Made by a program: the position numbers and the translations under genes | Notes under the pieces: model-generated | Seen by the model: only the letters and a program-made list of their open reading frames with translations | What the model was told of the DNA's origin: nothing | Database searches by the model: none | In this document: positions 43,100 through 56,747 of the stretch, piece by piece | Layout of the letters: each line of letters starts with the position of its first letter | Position numbering within the stretch: position 1 is the stretch's first letter | Assembly (NCBI RefSeq): GCF_026210795.1 | Contig: NC_089433.1 | Span: 3,472,001 to 3,536,000 of the forward strand | DNA length: 64,000 nt | Direction: 5' to 3' | Source of the DNA: Rhizophagus irregularis | Taxonomy: Eukaryota

Positions 43100-43890
43100 A
43101 CCACGATAAAAGACTGGAAGACGTTCTAAATTAACCTTTGAAAGAGGTCTTGGACGTTTTGCATTTCCAATTACCCATGGTTTGAGTTTATCAGTTCCTG
43201 TTGCATTAGCACCAAGTAGAACTGTAATTCGTGTCTTATCTTTCTTTCTACCTGGAACTGGTTTGGTTGAAAGTGTTTGACTTGGTGACATTCGATAAAA
43301 AAGGCCCTATAAGATACAAAATAAAAAAGGAGATAAGGAAAAGATAAAGGAATATAAATAATAAATGGTAAGACTTACTGTTTCATCAATATTATAAATT
43401 TGGTCAAGAATATATCGGCTTAGAAGTTGCTGTAGTTTTGTTCGTTCTTCTGGGAGAGAAGCTAATGGTGCGCTTTCTGACTCTCCATGTATATGATACC
43501 TACGGATATTATTGCGTTGTTTGAATTTATATAGCCAACCATTAGAAAATACCAACTCATTTTCCTGTATATTAAATGCTTGAGCAAATATCTTTGCTTT
43601 TTCTTTAATTAACAAATCAGTTAAAATAACACCTCCAGCTGTAACATTCTCCACCCATAAATTCATGGCTTGATCGAGTATCGGAAATTTGACCGCCTTA
43701 TGTCTAAACGTCTTACTAGAATCTTCTGTATTTATGATAGCTGTCCACTTGTCACTTTGTAACAAAATTTTCGATATAGTGCTCCTGTCAATTGTTAAAT
43801 TGGGATACACTTCATTAAAGTGGTTTGCAATATCTACATGACGTTTATTCTTATTGGCCTTTCCCCATTCGCAAATTTGACGACAAAGCT
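43100..43890 (-). mobile_element. Truncated pogo/Tigger (Tc5, CENP-B HTH + DDE_1) transposase with a spliceosomal intron
   Basis: Two HTH regions, FSNGWLYKFKQRNNI, HGE, YNIDET|GLFYRM (intron 43307-43378), KDKTRITVLLGANATGTDKLKPWVIG. Truncated before the second and third catalytic residues. Confidence 0.9.
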
Positions 43891-44649
43891 ATACCCAAAA
43901 TATGGATGTCTTCAGTTACTTGATCTATTACACCATTTGCTATCTTAATATCATTATTATAGTAAAACATTTTATAATTGAATATACTTCTTCAGTAGAT
44001 TGGTTAGTCCATCTGCAGTATCTTGTTGGGTGTTTGATAATATAAACTAGTAAAGTACTTATAATTCAGCATTTGCTATTAAATTCAGGAAGAAGAGAAA
44101 GAATTGTGGTCTTTAAAATATCATCCAATATAAGAAGTAGACTAAATCCTGCCGGCATGAAATGCAGAAGTTACTCCTGTGACTTATAATTTATCAATAA
44201 GCCAAAGCATTCTTTTGAGTATCATAAAAAAATTTGTCAACCAAGATGATTGTTTACTAATTGATGATAGTGTTATGCCAGTTCTTGAATGCTTATAAAA
44301 ATAAGCGTATATGTATATGGTAAGCAGAAGGAATAATAAATAAAATAAATGTTAATAAATGTTAACAAACGCGTAGTGAAATAAGTTATATAAAAACACT
44401 AGTAAGTGTATCACTGTCAATCAATTTACGAAGGTAACACAATGAAACAAATGTAAATTCAATCAAATGCGAATACGGTAATGCACACACTAGCATATAC
44501 ACTCAGACGCAATTATTGATTCACAATGGAACTAAACTCTAAAATAAACAATGAGATAACTTCTTTTAATAAATGCTTTATTAAATTCAAAACAAATTAT
44601 CTGTTTTTACATTGACTTGGAACACATCTATTTATAACAATAAAATCTA

Positions 44650-44820
44650 TGCTAATCATGTTTAATATATTGTATAAATGCTACATGTTTAATAAGTGTT
44701 ATATATTAAATATATTAAATATGTGCTATATGTTCAATATGTTGCATATGTCATTAAACATATCGAACATTCGTAACATTTGCAACATTCGTAACATGAT
44801 CGTCGGTCACATGATCATTC
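44650..44820. repeat. Degenerate 9-bp periodic repeat array (ATGTT/AACAT cores, inverted halves), probably a transposon subterminal region
   Basis: aacattcgt aacatttgc aacattcgt aacat, preceded by atgtt-core units and ending at gtcacatgatc. Confidence 0.5.
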
Positions 44821-47800
44821 GATTAACAATAGGCATGTAATTTTATGGGAATCAGCTTGCCAACACTTAAAAGCAATAATTTTATACTTGTCCAGTATTT
44901 TTTTGCAGTCCTTTAACCAATGTCCTTTTTCAAAGCAAAATGTGCAACTGCATTATTATACTTTGCATCATTCAGAATATGAATTTTATGTTTGAATGCA
45001 TTATCAAGAGTTTTTGAGATTGTTCACCTATGATAGCTAGACTTTGTATTATTAAGAAATATTAAATTATAATATATAACAAGACAAATACAGAAAATAT
45101 AGAATACAACCAATACAACTTACCATAATATTTTGAAGAGATATAGAGATTTGCTTAACAATTAATTTATTTATATCTGGATATCACAGCTCTTCATTGT
45201 ACTTTTAAAAGAAATATTAATCATGTTTTTTTGGATTTGGTTAAAACTTTTCTCCATCATTTTATAAAAATAAATATTAATGAATAAGTGGTCAAATATA
45301 TGAACTAAATATTTGTTTCATAAGTTTATAGAAGTCTGCAGGAGTAATAATAATATTATTGGAATTAATATCAATTATTTTAGAAGTATATTTCTTTCAT
45401 AGTACATAGCCATTGACTTTTTTTTTTAAGAACTTTTCAAGAATTCTCCATGCCCTCTGACATGTGTATATTAGTAACATTACACATTTCTTCCATTGAT
45501 GGATAGATTAAAGTTTCAATCAGTTTTTTTTGTAATTTTAGTGGAAGTCATTACCAATTGTCAAGGAATACCAATTTTCTGAGTTGATGAGGATTTTATT
45601 TCCTGATATTTATTGTTTACTTTCTATCTGTAAAGTTTTGAATAAGATTTTATAATAAGTCACTGTTCAAAACACTATACGTTTTGTTCACTAGTTTGTA
45701 AAGTGGAGGTAATAGTTTTGTAATTATACACTCTTTCTGTTCAGCCCATGTACGTTCATTATCTATTTTATACACATACAACTAATTCAATAACTTTTGT
45801 ACTAGAGTTTCTAATAATATGAGCTATTTGCACATTTCTCTATTGTTGAAATCAATAATTTAAAAAAGCTTGTTAATGAGAAATTATGAATCCATGAACT
45901 TCATTCAGCACCTCTACGACTTCAATGGAACAATCACTATTCACTACATTGTATTAGATTTTATACTTCACACTCTTCAAGCGTATTTGTGAAATGAGAT
46001 AATGAATTCTATTAAGTTTTGAAAATATAATGACCTGCATACATTTGCCATTGATAACCATTTTATAACATAAGCCAGTTCATCATGTCTATGATAAACA
46101 GCATTATTTAAAATAATAAAACCCAAAAAAAAATAAGTATCCTCTTCCATAAACGAGAGTGCTTGAATACAATCGCGAAGTGAAATTTTTGATGATGCCA
46201 TCGTTTCTTTGATGATTCCACAGACAAAAGGCAAAAAAGTAAAATAATTGGTGGTATTTATATAGACGAGGACTTGCAGATGTAAACATCCGTAATGCTG
46301 TTGACCTTCCTTTTATATTACTTCTTAAAATGATAAATGGTTTTTGTACATTACTTCTTTTACTTCTTAACCTGCTGATGTTTAATAACTGTTGAACTTC
46401 CTTTTATATATAACATAGCAGAAACTTATGATTTTAAGACAACACTTTCACTATGATGTAACATCATGGTTGTAATAATGTAACAATGCATTTTACATTA
46501 ATGCAAAGTTACAATACACTCACGATGCTGCGACAGTGTTGTTAGGTATATCGTAACGATACTGTGAATTTAACTTTTTCAATGTTATTAAACGGTAAAC
46601 TATTTTAATATTAATAAATTTCAGAATTGTCAAAAACATAGTTATAATACTTGTAATTGCATAGTGATAATATTGAAACCGTATTAAAACGGTGTGATAC
46701 ACTAATACTATACTAAATTATCATTAAATAATCATTAGTAATCATATAAAAAACAATGTTTACTGAACAATATATGTATTATTTTATCAATTTAAACGTA
46801 AATTTAACTATCTTTTAACATTAAATGTACATAATCAAATGTAAATATACAGATAATTGATTTAACAATTTTATGTAAATTTGAAATTACAATGAAATAA
46901 GTATAACGTTTATTATAAAATGACTTGTATAGAGACTTTTATACACGTATTAAACAAAAACATAAATATAGAATCATAAACTTCGTAGCCACGCTCAATT
47001 AAGGCAATGTATTACTAGACCTACACTAAAGATGACTTTAGCAAGGCTTTCTTTGTGGTTTTAAAGAAATTTCATACACTTTGCCAGCTGGTGAGATAGC
47101 TTATGACTTCTAACCTCAAATCAGTTTATACTTTGTCTAATTTTTATTGAAATGCATAATTACATCAAATCCAAAGAGTTGAAGAACAAACCATCTGAAA
47201 AAAGTAAGATGAATATTAGTACTATTTATTAAAAGAAAAATAAAAGAAAAGAGTTAAATATCTTACAAAATTCGCGTACAAAGATACCATACATGCACCT
47301 AAAGAGCCAAAGACTAATCTAAAGTAATGAAAATGAAATTGTAGGTTAATGTTTTGTTAAATAAAGATGGAATTTAAAAATATAAAAAAAACATACTATT
47401 CTCACGTCCAAAGACCTGTGAATGTATGTTAAAGAATAATTTAATAAATCACTTTTCTTACCAAAATCCCACGCGTCTAAATATTTGAAGACTACAAAAA
47501 AGAAATAATAAATAATAAAAAAAACCTTACCAACCAAAGCTAGATATTGTATTTCATTTACAAAAAGAAAAAAATGAAACTTTAATAATTGTTTCAATAA
47601 GTAAAAGAAAAAATGGTAAAAAAGTTTTTTTTTTAAAGAGAAATTTAGGAATCTGTGTCTAAGGAAATTCAAAGCAGCCACTAAAAAAAAAAGTAAAAGA
47701 AAAAAAACACAAGAAAGGGAAGGTGAAAAAACTAAAGGAAAAAGAAAGGAGAAAAAGAAAGGGGGAAGAATAAAAGGAAAAGAGTGGAAGATGAAAATGG

Positions 47801-48244
47801 AAAAGAGGAATTATGAAAGGGAAGTGAAAGTTAACGAAAAAAAAAGATTTTAAAAGCTTAATTATGCAGTCTGCAGATCATCAATTCATCTTATTGCAAT
47901 TTTCAAAATGATCATTTTATTTACGATGTATTTTTATAGGGTAATATGAAGTCAAAAAAATTAAACTTCATGAAACTATTAAATAAACTTAATTTATTTC
48001 ATGTCAAACTCTAATCAACACTGGTAAAAAAGGAAAATTTTGATCGGATTACATTTTGTATCACGTGTATCACGTGAAATATTATTAATATTCGATCTCT
48101 GATTTTTTTTTTAACTAAACTTTCTCTCTTTTGCTCTTTCTCTTTCGTTCTTACTTTTCCTCCCCTTTCGTTAACTTTAGAAATACAAAAATTCCAAGAA
48201 AACAATATCCCAAGAAGAAAAAAAAATAAAGTTTACTAAAAATA

Positions 48245-49150
48245 TGGAGACAGCCAGGTGGGTGTTTATTTTTTTCTTTTTTTTTAGGAGACCGGCTCTT
48301 ATGATCTTTAGACGTTTGGAATTTTGCATTTGGGTTCTTCTTTAAATCTTTATTTTAATAAAAGTTTATTAACTAACATTTTATTCATTATTTCTTTTAG
48401 GCTTTTTATAGGAATCTAGCTCTAAACTCGAAGATACCAAATATTCTGGTAAGTTATCATACCAATAACTTTTTAGTATAAAAAAAATTTAATTTTTTGT
48501 TTTCTATTTTGTAGGGACTCCAGCTTCGGTTATGGACAGATTCCTTAGTAAGTTTGATCACTTTCAAAAACTTACTTTAAAAAAAAATTTTATTAATTAT
48601 TATTATTATTATTTTTTATTGAAGGACTTTTGCTCTGATTTAACCACTGGCAGAATTCTGGGAAATAACTTTAAAAACTATGAAACCTGAGTAAGTTTTC
48701 AAAAATTTTCAAAATCCATTTTAAAAAAAATGTTAACTTTTTTTAATTTTTGTAGAATTCACTCGCTAACGTTAAATTTGGGCTTTGAATGCAGACTAGT
48801 TTGAACGGAATGTATGTAAGATGTTACATTCTGATGTATAAATATGAAAGACTAAAGCTATCTTTTTTTCATTGTTAAACACTTCTATTTTAGGATCATA
48901 CTATATACCGTAAATTGACTGTTGAAGTTGAATTATTGAAGCAGATGACCTGACCATAGACATGTAAGATTCGGCCTCTTTTAATCCATTTCAACATTTA
49001 TTTTTTTAATGAAACATTCGTTAATGTATCTATTTTTTTTGTAGGTTCAGTCCTAGGTTCGGATTCAATGGAACATTGGATATTAGGAATATGTTTAACA
49101 TTCTTCTTATTTCCTATCTTATAGGTTCTGGTTGGTTTTGACTTTTGAAT
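48245..49150 (+). ncRNA. Putative multi-exon non-coding spliced transcript array
   Basis: At least 6 short GC-richer blocks separated by ~60-80-bp AT-rich spacers with GTAAG donors and poly-T-TAG acceptors; no ORF evident. Confidence 0.4.
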
Positions 49151-49649
49151 TATGTTTCTTTTATTTCTATTTAGACATTTTTATCCATTTTATACAAGAA
49201 ATTATATTAATACTTAATAATGTATAATTAGTGTTGCAATGTAATATAGCATTATTTATTTTATAAAATATATATAATCAAAGTATGTTTAGAACGTTGT
49301 AAATAAATAATTGTATATTGACTGTATATTCGTAATAGTGAAATTGGTATAGTGAATTCGTTGTTGCAGTAAATTAAAAAAGCATAGTGGCGATACATTT
49401 TCTCACTTTTACAATGCGTCGTATGACGTTCAATAACGACGCACAAAACAACGGCTTAATCACGTGATTTTGGCGTAGTACCAACGTTGTTTAAAAATAT
49501 GATGTTTCTGCAATGAAGTCCAAATCAAAATCCACAAGTTTTCCTAAAAATGAGAAAATAAATTATCCTTATTTTTTAATAAAAATTACAACATTCTTTA
49601 TTTTTATTAATTGAGTGTTATTAACTATTAAAGTTGATATCTAACTCTT

Positions 49650-50660
49650 GGTAGTAAGAAATGTATCTGATTCTTATATTTAGTTGCAGAAGCATGCTAG
49701 AAATTTTTATTATATTACTATTAATTTTTTTATGAAAGTACTAGATTTTGGTATAAGTGTTTTGAACAATATTGATCTTTTTTTCTGGATGAGTAACATA
49801 TTCACGGATTTGCTCATATAAGTACCATTGTCATTCTGCAGATAATTTCCTTGGCAACAATATATTTGGAAAACTAATTGAAAAAGTTATATTTTTTTAA
49901 GAATTAAAATTTCTCCATCAACTTTTGTTTGAACATTTACTATTTCAATTTTTTCATTTAAAATTTCAAAATAATACTGCTGAATTTCCATTTAAACCAT
50001 AAATTGTTTGTGCTGTATTAAATCCTCCAGTAGTAGCATTATGAACTATTTCTATCATATCTGAAAGATCTTAAATTTCTGAAACTCTCATTTTTAATTT
50101 AATTAATCCAAAAAATCCATTAGGAGAAAATTTGTATGACCAGCTAACATAAAGCAGTATTTAATCCAATCATGTAAACTTACAATTGATCCATAATTTT
50201 TGATTATCCAATAGCTATTCACCTTGTTTTGAATTATAGGCAACTTAATAACAAATGCACATCAGAGCAGTAGAGACAAAATATTTTTGATTCTATTTTT
50301 ATTTTTAAAATTTATTTTAATTAGTTTTAAGATAATTTTGATGAATAAACAGGATGCATCTATTAATTGAAGCAGCTTGGTTCATCTTAAAAAGTTTTCT
50401 AAATGGAATAATATCATTGCAACCTTGTTTTGATAAAAATGTGAGTTGTGTATGATATCCTATTCTAGGGATAATAACCATATTAATTAGTTAAAGAAGT
50501 TGTTTATCAGTAACTTTCTCTTTCTTTAAATTTTCACACATTGAAAAAACTTCATCTTTAGCTTGTTGAATAACATTTTCTTTCCTTAGCAAGATTAATC
50601 ATACTCCAAGAAAATGAATAGATTCATTTCTACATGCTGGTCTAATATATATTTTGTAGG
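49650..50660 (-). mobile_element. Degenerate non-LTR retrotransposon (LINE) RT C-terminal region
   Basis: Minus-strand fragments ESIHFLGV, VIQQAKDEV, KKEKVTDKQLL and INMVIIPRIGYHTQLTFLS..PFRKLFK resemble the RT thumb/connection of fungal LINEs; many stops. Confidence 0.6.
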
Positions 50661-50899
50661 ATTTAATGCTGTTGGCCAAGAAGTTTTTAAAAATAAGAAT
50701 ATGACTCTTTATTAAATAATGAAAAATTGGATGAATATTATATATAAAGATAGTTTGAGTGGTACTAACAAAGCTATACCAAAAAATACCAAAAATACAA
50801 CACTTTGCATCATTCAGAATATGGACTTCATGTTTAAAAATCCTTATATAGTAGAGATAATAATTTTGATAAATTCAGTTACTTTAAATAAATGCTTTT

Positions 50900-51200
50900 A
50901 AACTTATAAGACTTTTCAAGTTGTTTCTTTTAGAAAGCCATAATAGTTGAATATGGATTTTTTTTGTCCAATATGTAATTGTACTTGAGTCTAAGCTTAA
51001 TTTTTCACCTTCTTTTGCGAAATATGACCTGATTTGGAAGTAACAATGTTGAACTGCAACTTATTGAATTATGTAATTCTAAAAAGTATAGGTGGAATTC
51101 CACCTTGTTTTAATATCTGTTATAAACATCCTTATCAGACATAACCTTTCTACACATATGGCGTTCTCTATTTATTTGAAATTTTGGAATATTATTTTTA
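50900..51200 (-). mobile_element. hAT-like transposase relic
   Basis: Minus strand reads ITDIKTRWNSTY at about 51085-51123, matching the hAT D-x-x-TRWNST motif; the surrounding frame is degraded. Confidence 0.5.
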
Positions 51201-53183
51201 CAACTTTAGATTTAATTGTGATACCTTTTTTTGTCTCTTATTTAGTTTTATATTATCCTGGTTGTATTGTTGTACTGTTGTACTGTATACTAACAGTATT
51301 ATTTTTTTTTCTTACAATAACAAAGAAAAAAATATGCCATTATGTATTTTTAATAGTGATTAATAAAGAAGGCTTTGAATAATTAATTGTAACAATATTA
51401 ATGATTTGTTTCATAAATATTTAAATAAATAATATAATTAATAGTTAAAACAAGATACTTTACTAAGAATGTTCGGAAATAAAAATGCAGATTTTCCAAT
51501 AATAATATGAATATTTAAATAAAGCTATCAGAGCAGTAATATGTTGCTTGAAAGAAATCCATGTAAAACTTCAAATAATCATGCTTTGTCAGTTTGTAAA
51601 ATAAGAATGAAGCAATAAGGATATTAGAAAATGTGCCAAAACCTATAATATATGATAGGCCAGTTCAATTGTTTAGCCATTTCACAATCATATAGACTTG
51701 GTAACTCATTATTGAATTTTATATGTATTTTCTACAATATGATAGATTCTTTCAAATGTAGTATCATATGCAGGAGTTGCGGTTAATCCTTTGACCTTTT
51801 GGATATATAATAAATTTTTATTTTTAAGAATTATTAGAATTCTTATAACTCTTTCAACTGGTATAAGAATATTTAGTACCATAACGTTTGAAAGCCGCAG
51901 TAACCATTTTACTCGTGACGTTTAGGTCACTTGAATGGTGCGGCGATTTTGCGCAGTAGTAATATCTTTAGTGATAGGAGGTTTGATCTGATTCCAGATA
52001 ATAAGTTTAATAGTTAAATAGTAACTATTTTAAGAATTCTTATATATAACTCTTTCAACTGGTATAAGATATCAAAATAGTAACAGTTTTTCATAAGTGA
52101 TGTAAAAGAAGGGGGAAAATGAGCTCTTTTAATTGACTTTCAACTTATGCTAAGCCCAATGCTATCACTATGTTACCTGTACACGAACTAAGGCTAAGCA
52201 TACAAATATAGCCAAGTAGTTATAATTATCAAATATATTTATCCAATAAGAAATAAATATTATCAAATAAAAGAAGTATTAAACTATTTTGTTAATTAAA
52301 TTTCAAGTACTGGTCCGATTGGCGGTGCTAAAGATGCTAAGCCGAGATAACTTAGACCGAGGCTTATAATTACGGCAATTATAATTATAGCAAACTTATA
52401 TGGCTTAGTTTTTGACTCACATTATAACGTTTCAATATCAAACTATCACTAAATTGACATTTGACACATAAATTTCGTCAGAGGTGAGCATTCAGATACT
52501 AAAGACTTGACAAATAATAGTTTTTTTTAATAATGTTTAATGAAAATTCCAGAATTATTTTGATGCGTAAGATGTAATTAGTTATTACTATTATTATTAT
52601 CATTATTTTGATATAATGAACCGTTTATTAAAACATCTAACAGAACAGTATCTAAGGTTTGGCCGCGATCAAAGCCGATATCCCATACGATATCGCTGTA
52701 GTATCATTACCTAGAAGAACTCAATGATGAATGTATGTGTAATTAATTATTATTAGTTATTTATAAGAATCAATTAATAGCTTTGAATAGGCTAAAATTT
52801 GAGTCTATTTCTGCAATAAACTAATTTTTTACTGAAATAACGGAAAATTGTATCTTTGTATTAGGTTTATTAGATAATTAAATAACTGAAATTATTCTTA
52901 TTACTAACATTTTGCAATCAATTTTATAACAAACAAGACTCTATTATATCCACAAATTATTCAGAGTAAACCTGTCACAATAAATTTATCATAATCTAAA
53001 ATATTACATTATATCCATTTAAAGTTACCTTTTTTTTAAAAAAAAAAATATCTCTAATCCAGAAGATAACTATTTATTTATTTTATTATAAATACTTTAA
53101 GGATTTAATTATCTTAAATATTTTAAGTAAATTACTTCAAAAAAATACTACTAGTACAATTTTGTATAGCATAAAAATAATAC

Positions 53184-54692
53184 TTATCTCTTTATTATTT
53201 GAAATACTTCATAATCTTCGATAGAAAACATATCCTCAGAATCTCTTATCTTCTTTTCATAATGAGATTTTTTACAGTAATACTCGTTATAGTTTGTATT
53301 TGCATAAGAAGAAAATATAATGATATCAGTACCACCAAAAGATGGACCACGTAAAGGGTTAAAATAGAATGAAATCGTTGTATTTTCTATATTACTAATA
53401 ATTGCATCTTTACAATTATTTTTATTTTTAAAAGAAAAAATAAAACTGCCAATAGTTACGCCCATATTATCAGAAGATTCCCATTTTAAAGGGTTATAAC
53501 CACCAATAATTTCTTCTGAATCTTTCACTTTAATAAATGTGATAGTATCAGATTTTCCATCACATAGTTCATGAAATCTTTTTGGAGTAAATCCATCTCG
53601 GCTTCCTCTTAACAATAATTTAAATTCGTATGGTAATGGTAAATATACTCCTCTTAAATGAGAAAATTTATAATTAAGATCCACTTTATCAATCCACCTT
53701 AAAATAATTGAAGCAATATTTAAATTAACAATTTTTGAATCAATAATTTCGTCTGTCACTATGTTTCTTGGAAGTAAAATGTTTTCAGCTGGTTTGATAT
53801 CAGGATCCATATAGGAATTTACTAAGTCCTCATAAAGTTGGTGATTTAGAAGTTTCTTATATGGACGAACTTTTTGTACTAATTCTTTGGATGACAAAGA
53901 AAAAAGTCTGATGAAAGATAAACATTGTTGTAAAGTATTTTTCATCAAGATGAAATCATCATCCGTCCAAGTGTCAGGGTCTGGAACAAGAGTTGGATTT
54001 TGCGCAAGACCCCATTTTAATACATGTTCCCATACTTCTATTTCTCTCATTTGTAAATCGTCCCTTTTTATAAGTGAAATTAACGATTTTTCTGAAAGTG
54101 AAGTAAATTCAAATGATTTAAGTATTTTATCAAGGAATTGTGCCATTAAATTTGTACAAAATTCTTGAAGTTCTAATAAATTATTAGATTGTAAACTAAT
54201 TTGATAGGTAAATTCAAAATGTTGTTCTATCCATTCCGACTTATTTTTAATTAAATATTTTTGTAAATAATCAACTAGTTCTTGAAGATGAAGCACATCT
54301 GCAGCGGCCAAAACTTTTAAAAAATCTGAGGTATCTTGTTCTTCCAACGAAAGAATACCGCCATAGATATACCTATTTACAAAAAATTTATAATTCGAAT
54401 ATTATGTTAAATACATCACAATATGCAGCATAACCTACTCTATAATAATTTGAAAGATTTCCGGCGATATATTTGATAATTTAATATGAACTAAGCCATT
54501 ATCATTACTCCTTTTTTTGGAAGCCAAAAGCCGTCGTAAATATGGAGAGCGGTAACATAAAATATTCATATGAGCACGAAATATTTTTACGTTAGGGTCT
54601 TCACCAACTTCAATTGTAGTGTCATAATATTCATCATCTTTTAATAATTCGATGTAATTTTGACTTAATTTTGAAAAAAATTGAGTGGGCAT
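53184..54692 (-). CDS. BTB/POZ-BACK-TLDc protein (copy 1)
   Basis: Exon 54692-54439, intron 54438-54373, exon 54372-53184. BTB (IEVGEDPNVKIFRAHMNILCYRSPY), BACK-like region, TLDc (LLRGSRDGF..FHELCD, IGGYNP, GPSFG, DYEVFQ). Confidence 0.92.
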
Positions 54693-55239
54693 GTTTTTTT
54701 TAAAAAAAAAAGAAAAATACAAATGGTTAATTAATTTAAATATGCTATTTGCTATTGTTTCACCATTACGCCGGAGGTAGATCTTTCGGCTACGCAAATC
54801 TACTACCAGTTCTGCATTCTGCATATTATCGTTATCTTTATAATTAATTTTTAACTTTTTTCCTTTTTCGATAAACTGAGAGAAGAAATTTGGTTTTATT
54901 AAAACTAGAAAGACTTACTTACGTACCAAAAATTTTGTATTTTTCTGATTCTTGCAAAAGAAACTTTACAATACTTTAATTAATATCGCAAGAGACTCGA
55001 AAAGTTAATTATTAATAGTGGAAAATTCCGAAAAAAATGGAGAATTAATATTTTTTTACAAAATAAGCAAATTTATTAATAGGCTAAAAGTCAATAACCT
55101 AATGATGTTAAAAATTTTTATTTACAGATCTTGTCTTTTATCCATAATAAACTTGTCAAAGATTTATTCATAATATGTGAAGCCAAAATAATATTAAATA
55201 TTTACTATAATACTATATGTTTATGAATTAAATAAAACA

Positions 55240-56747
55240 TTAGACTTTTCTCTTCATTATTTGAAATACTTCATAATCTTCTATAGAAAATCTATCTATG
55301 GAATCTCTTATCTTCTTTTCATAATGAGATTTTTTACAGTAATTCGCGTCATAGTCAGTATTTACATTGGAAGAAAATATAAAAATATCACTATCACCAA
55401 AAGATGGACCACGTGAAGGGTTAAAATAGAATGAAATCGTATTTTCTATATTACTAATAACTGCATCTTTACAATTATTTTTATTTTTAAAAGAAAAAAT
55501 AAAACTGTTTTTAGTTTCACCCCAAGTATAAGAAGATTCCCATTTTATAGGATTATAACCGCCAATAATTTCTTCCGAATCTTTAATTTTAATAAATGTA
55601 ATAGTATTAGGTTTTCCATCGCATAGTTCATGAAATTTACTGGGGGTTAATCCATCTCGATTTCCACTTAACAATAATTTAAATTTGTATGGAAAATATA
55701 GTTCTCTCAAGTGAGAAAATTTGTAATTAAGATCCACTTTATCAATCCATCTTGAAATAATCGAAACAATATTTAAATTAACAATATTTGAATCAATAAT
55801 TTCGTCTGTTACTATGTTTCTAGGAAGTAAAATATTGTCAGCCGGTTCACTATCAGGATCCATATAGGAATTTACTAAATTATCATAAAGCTGGTGATTT
55901 AGAAGTTTCTTATATGGACGAACTTTTTGTACAAATTCTTTGGATGACAAACAAAAAAATCTAATAAAAGGTAAGCATTGTTGTAAAGTATTTTTCATCA
56001 AGATGAAATCATCATCCGTCCAAGTATCAGAATCTGGAATGAGAGTTGGATTTTGCGCAAGACCCCATTTTAATACATGTTCCCATACTTCTATTTCTCT
56101 CATTTGTAAATCGTCCCTTTTTATAAGTGAAATTAACGATTTTTCTGAAAGTGAAGTAAATTCAAATGATTTAAGTATTTTATCAGGGAATTGTGCCATT
56201 AAATTTGTACAAAATTCTTGAAGTTCTAATAAATTATTAGATTGTAAACTAATTTGATAGGTAAATTCAAAATGTTGTTCTATCCATTCCGACTTATTTT
56301 CAATTAAGTATTTTTGTAAATAATCAACTAGTTCTTGAAGATGAAGCACATCTGCAGCGGCCAAAACTTTAAAAAAATCTGAGGTATCTTGTTCTTCCAA
56401 CGAAAGAATACCGCCATAGATATACCTATTTACAAAAAAATTTTATAATTTGAATATTATGTTAAATATATCACAATATGCAGTATAACTTACTCTATAA
56501 TAATTTGAAAGATTTCCGGCGATATATTTGATAATTTAATATGAACTAAACCATTATCATTACTCCTTTTTTTGGAAGCCAAAGCCCGTCGTAAATATGG
56601 AGAACGGTAACATAAAATATTCATATGAGTACGAAATATTTTTACGTTAGGGTCTTCTCCAACTTCAATTGTAGTATCATAATATTCATCATCTTTTAAT
56701 AGTTCGATATAATTTTGACTTAATTTTGAAAAAAATTGAGTGGGCAT
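55240..56747 (-). CDS. BTB/POZ-BACK-TLDc protein (copy 2, tandem duplicate)
   Basis: Exon 56747-56494, intron 56493-56426, exon 56425-55240. Near-identical N-terminal half and upstream region to copy 1. Confidence 0.92.

Noticed and set aside
45977..46289. Short ORFs in a degraded coding-like region
   Set aside because: No recognisable motif, start context or splice continuity; probably decayed repeat sequence.
53887..56221. Two similar plus-strand ORFs (53887-54168, 55940-56221)
   Set aside because: Antisense shadows of the duplicated BTB-TLDc genes; likewise 13828-14097, 14761-15039, 18101-18298, 31739-31999 and 62666-62902 shadow real genes.
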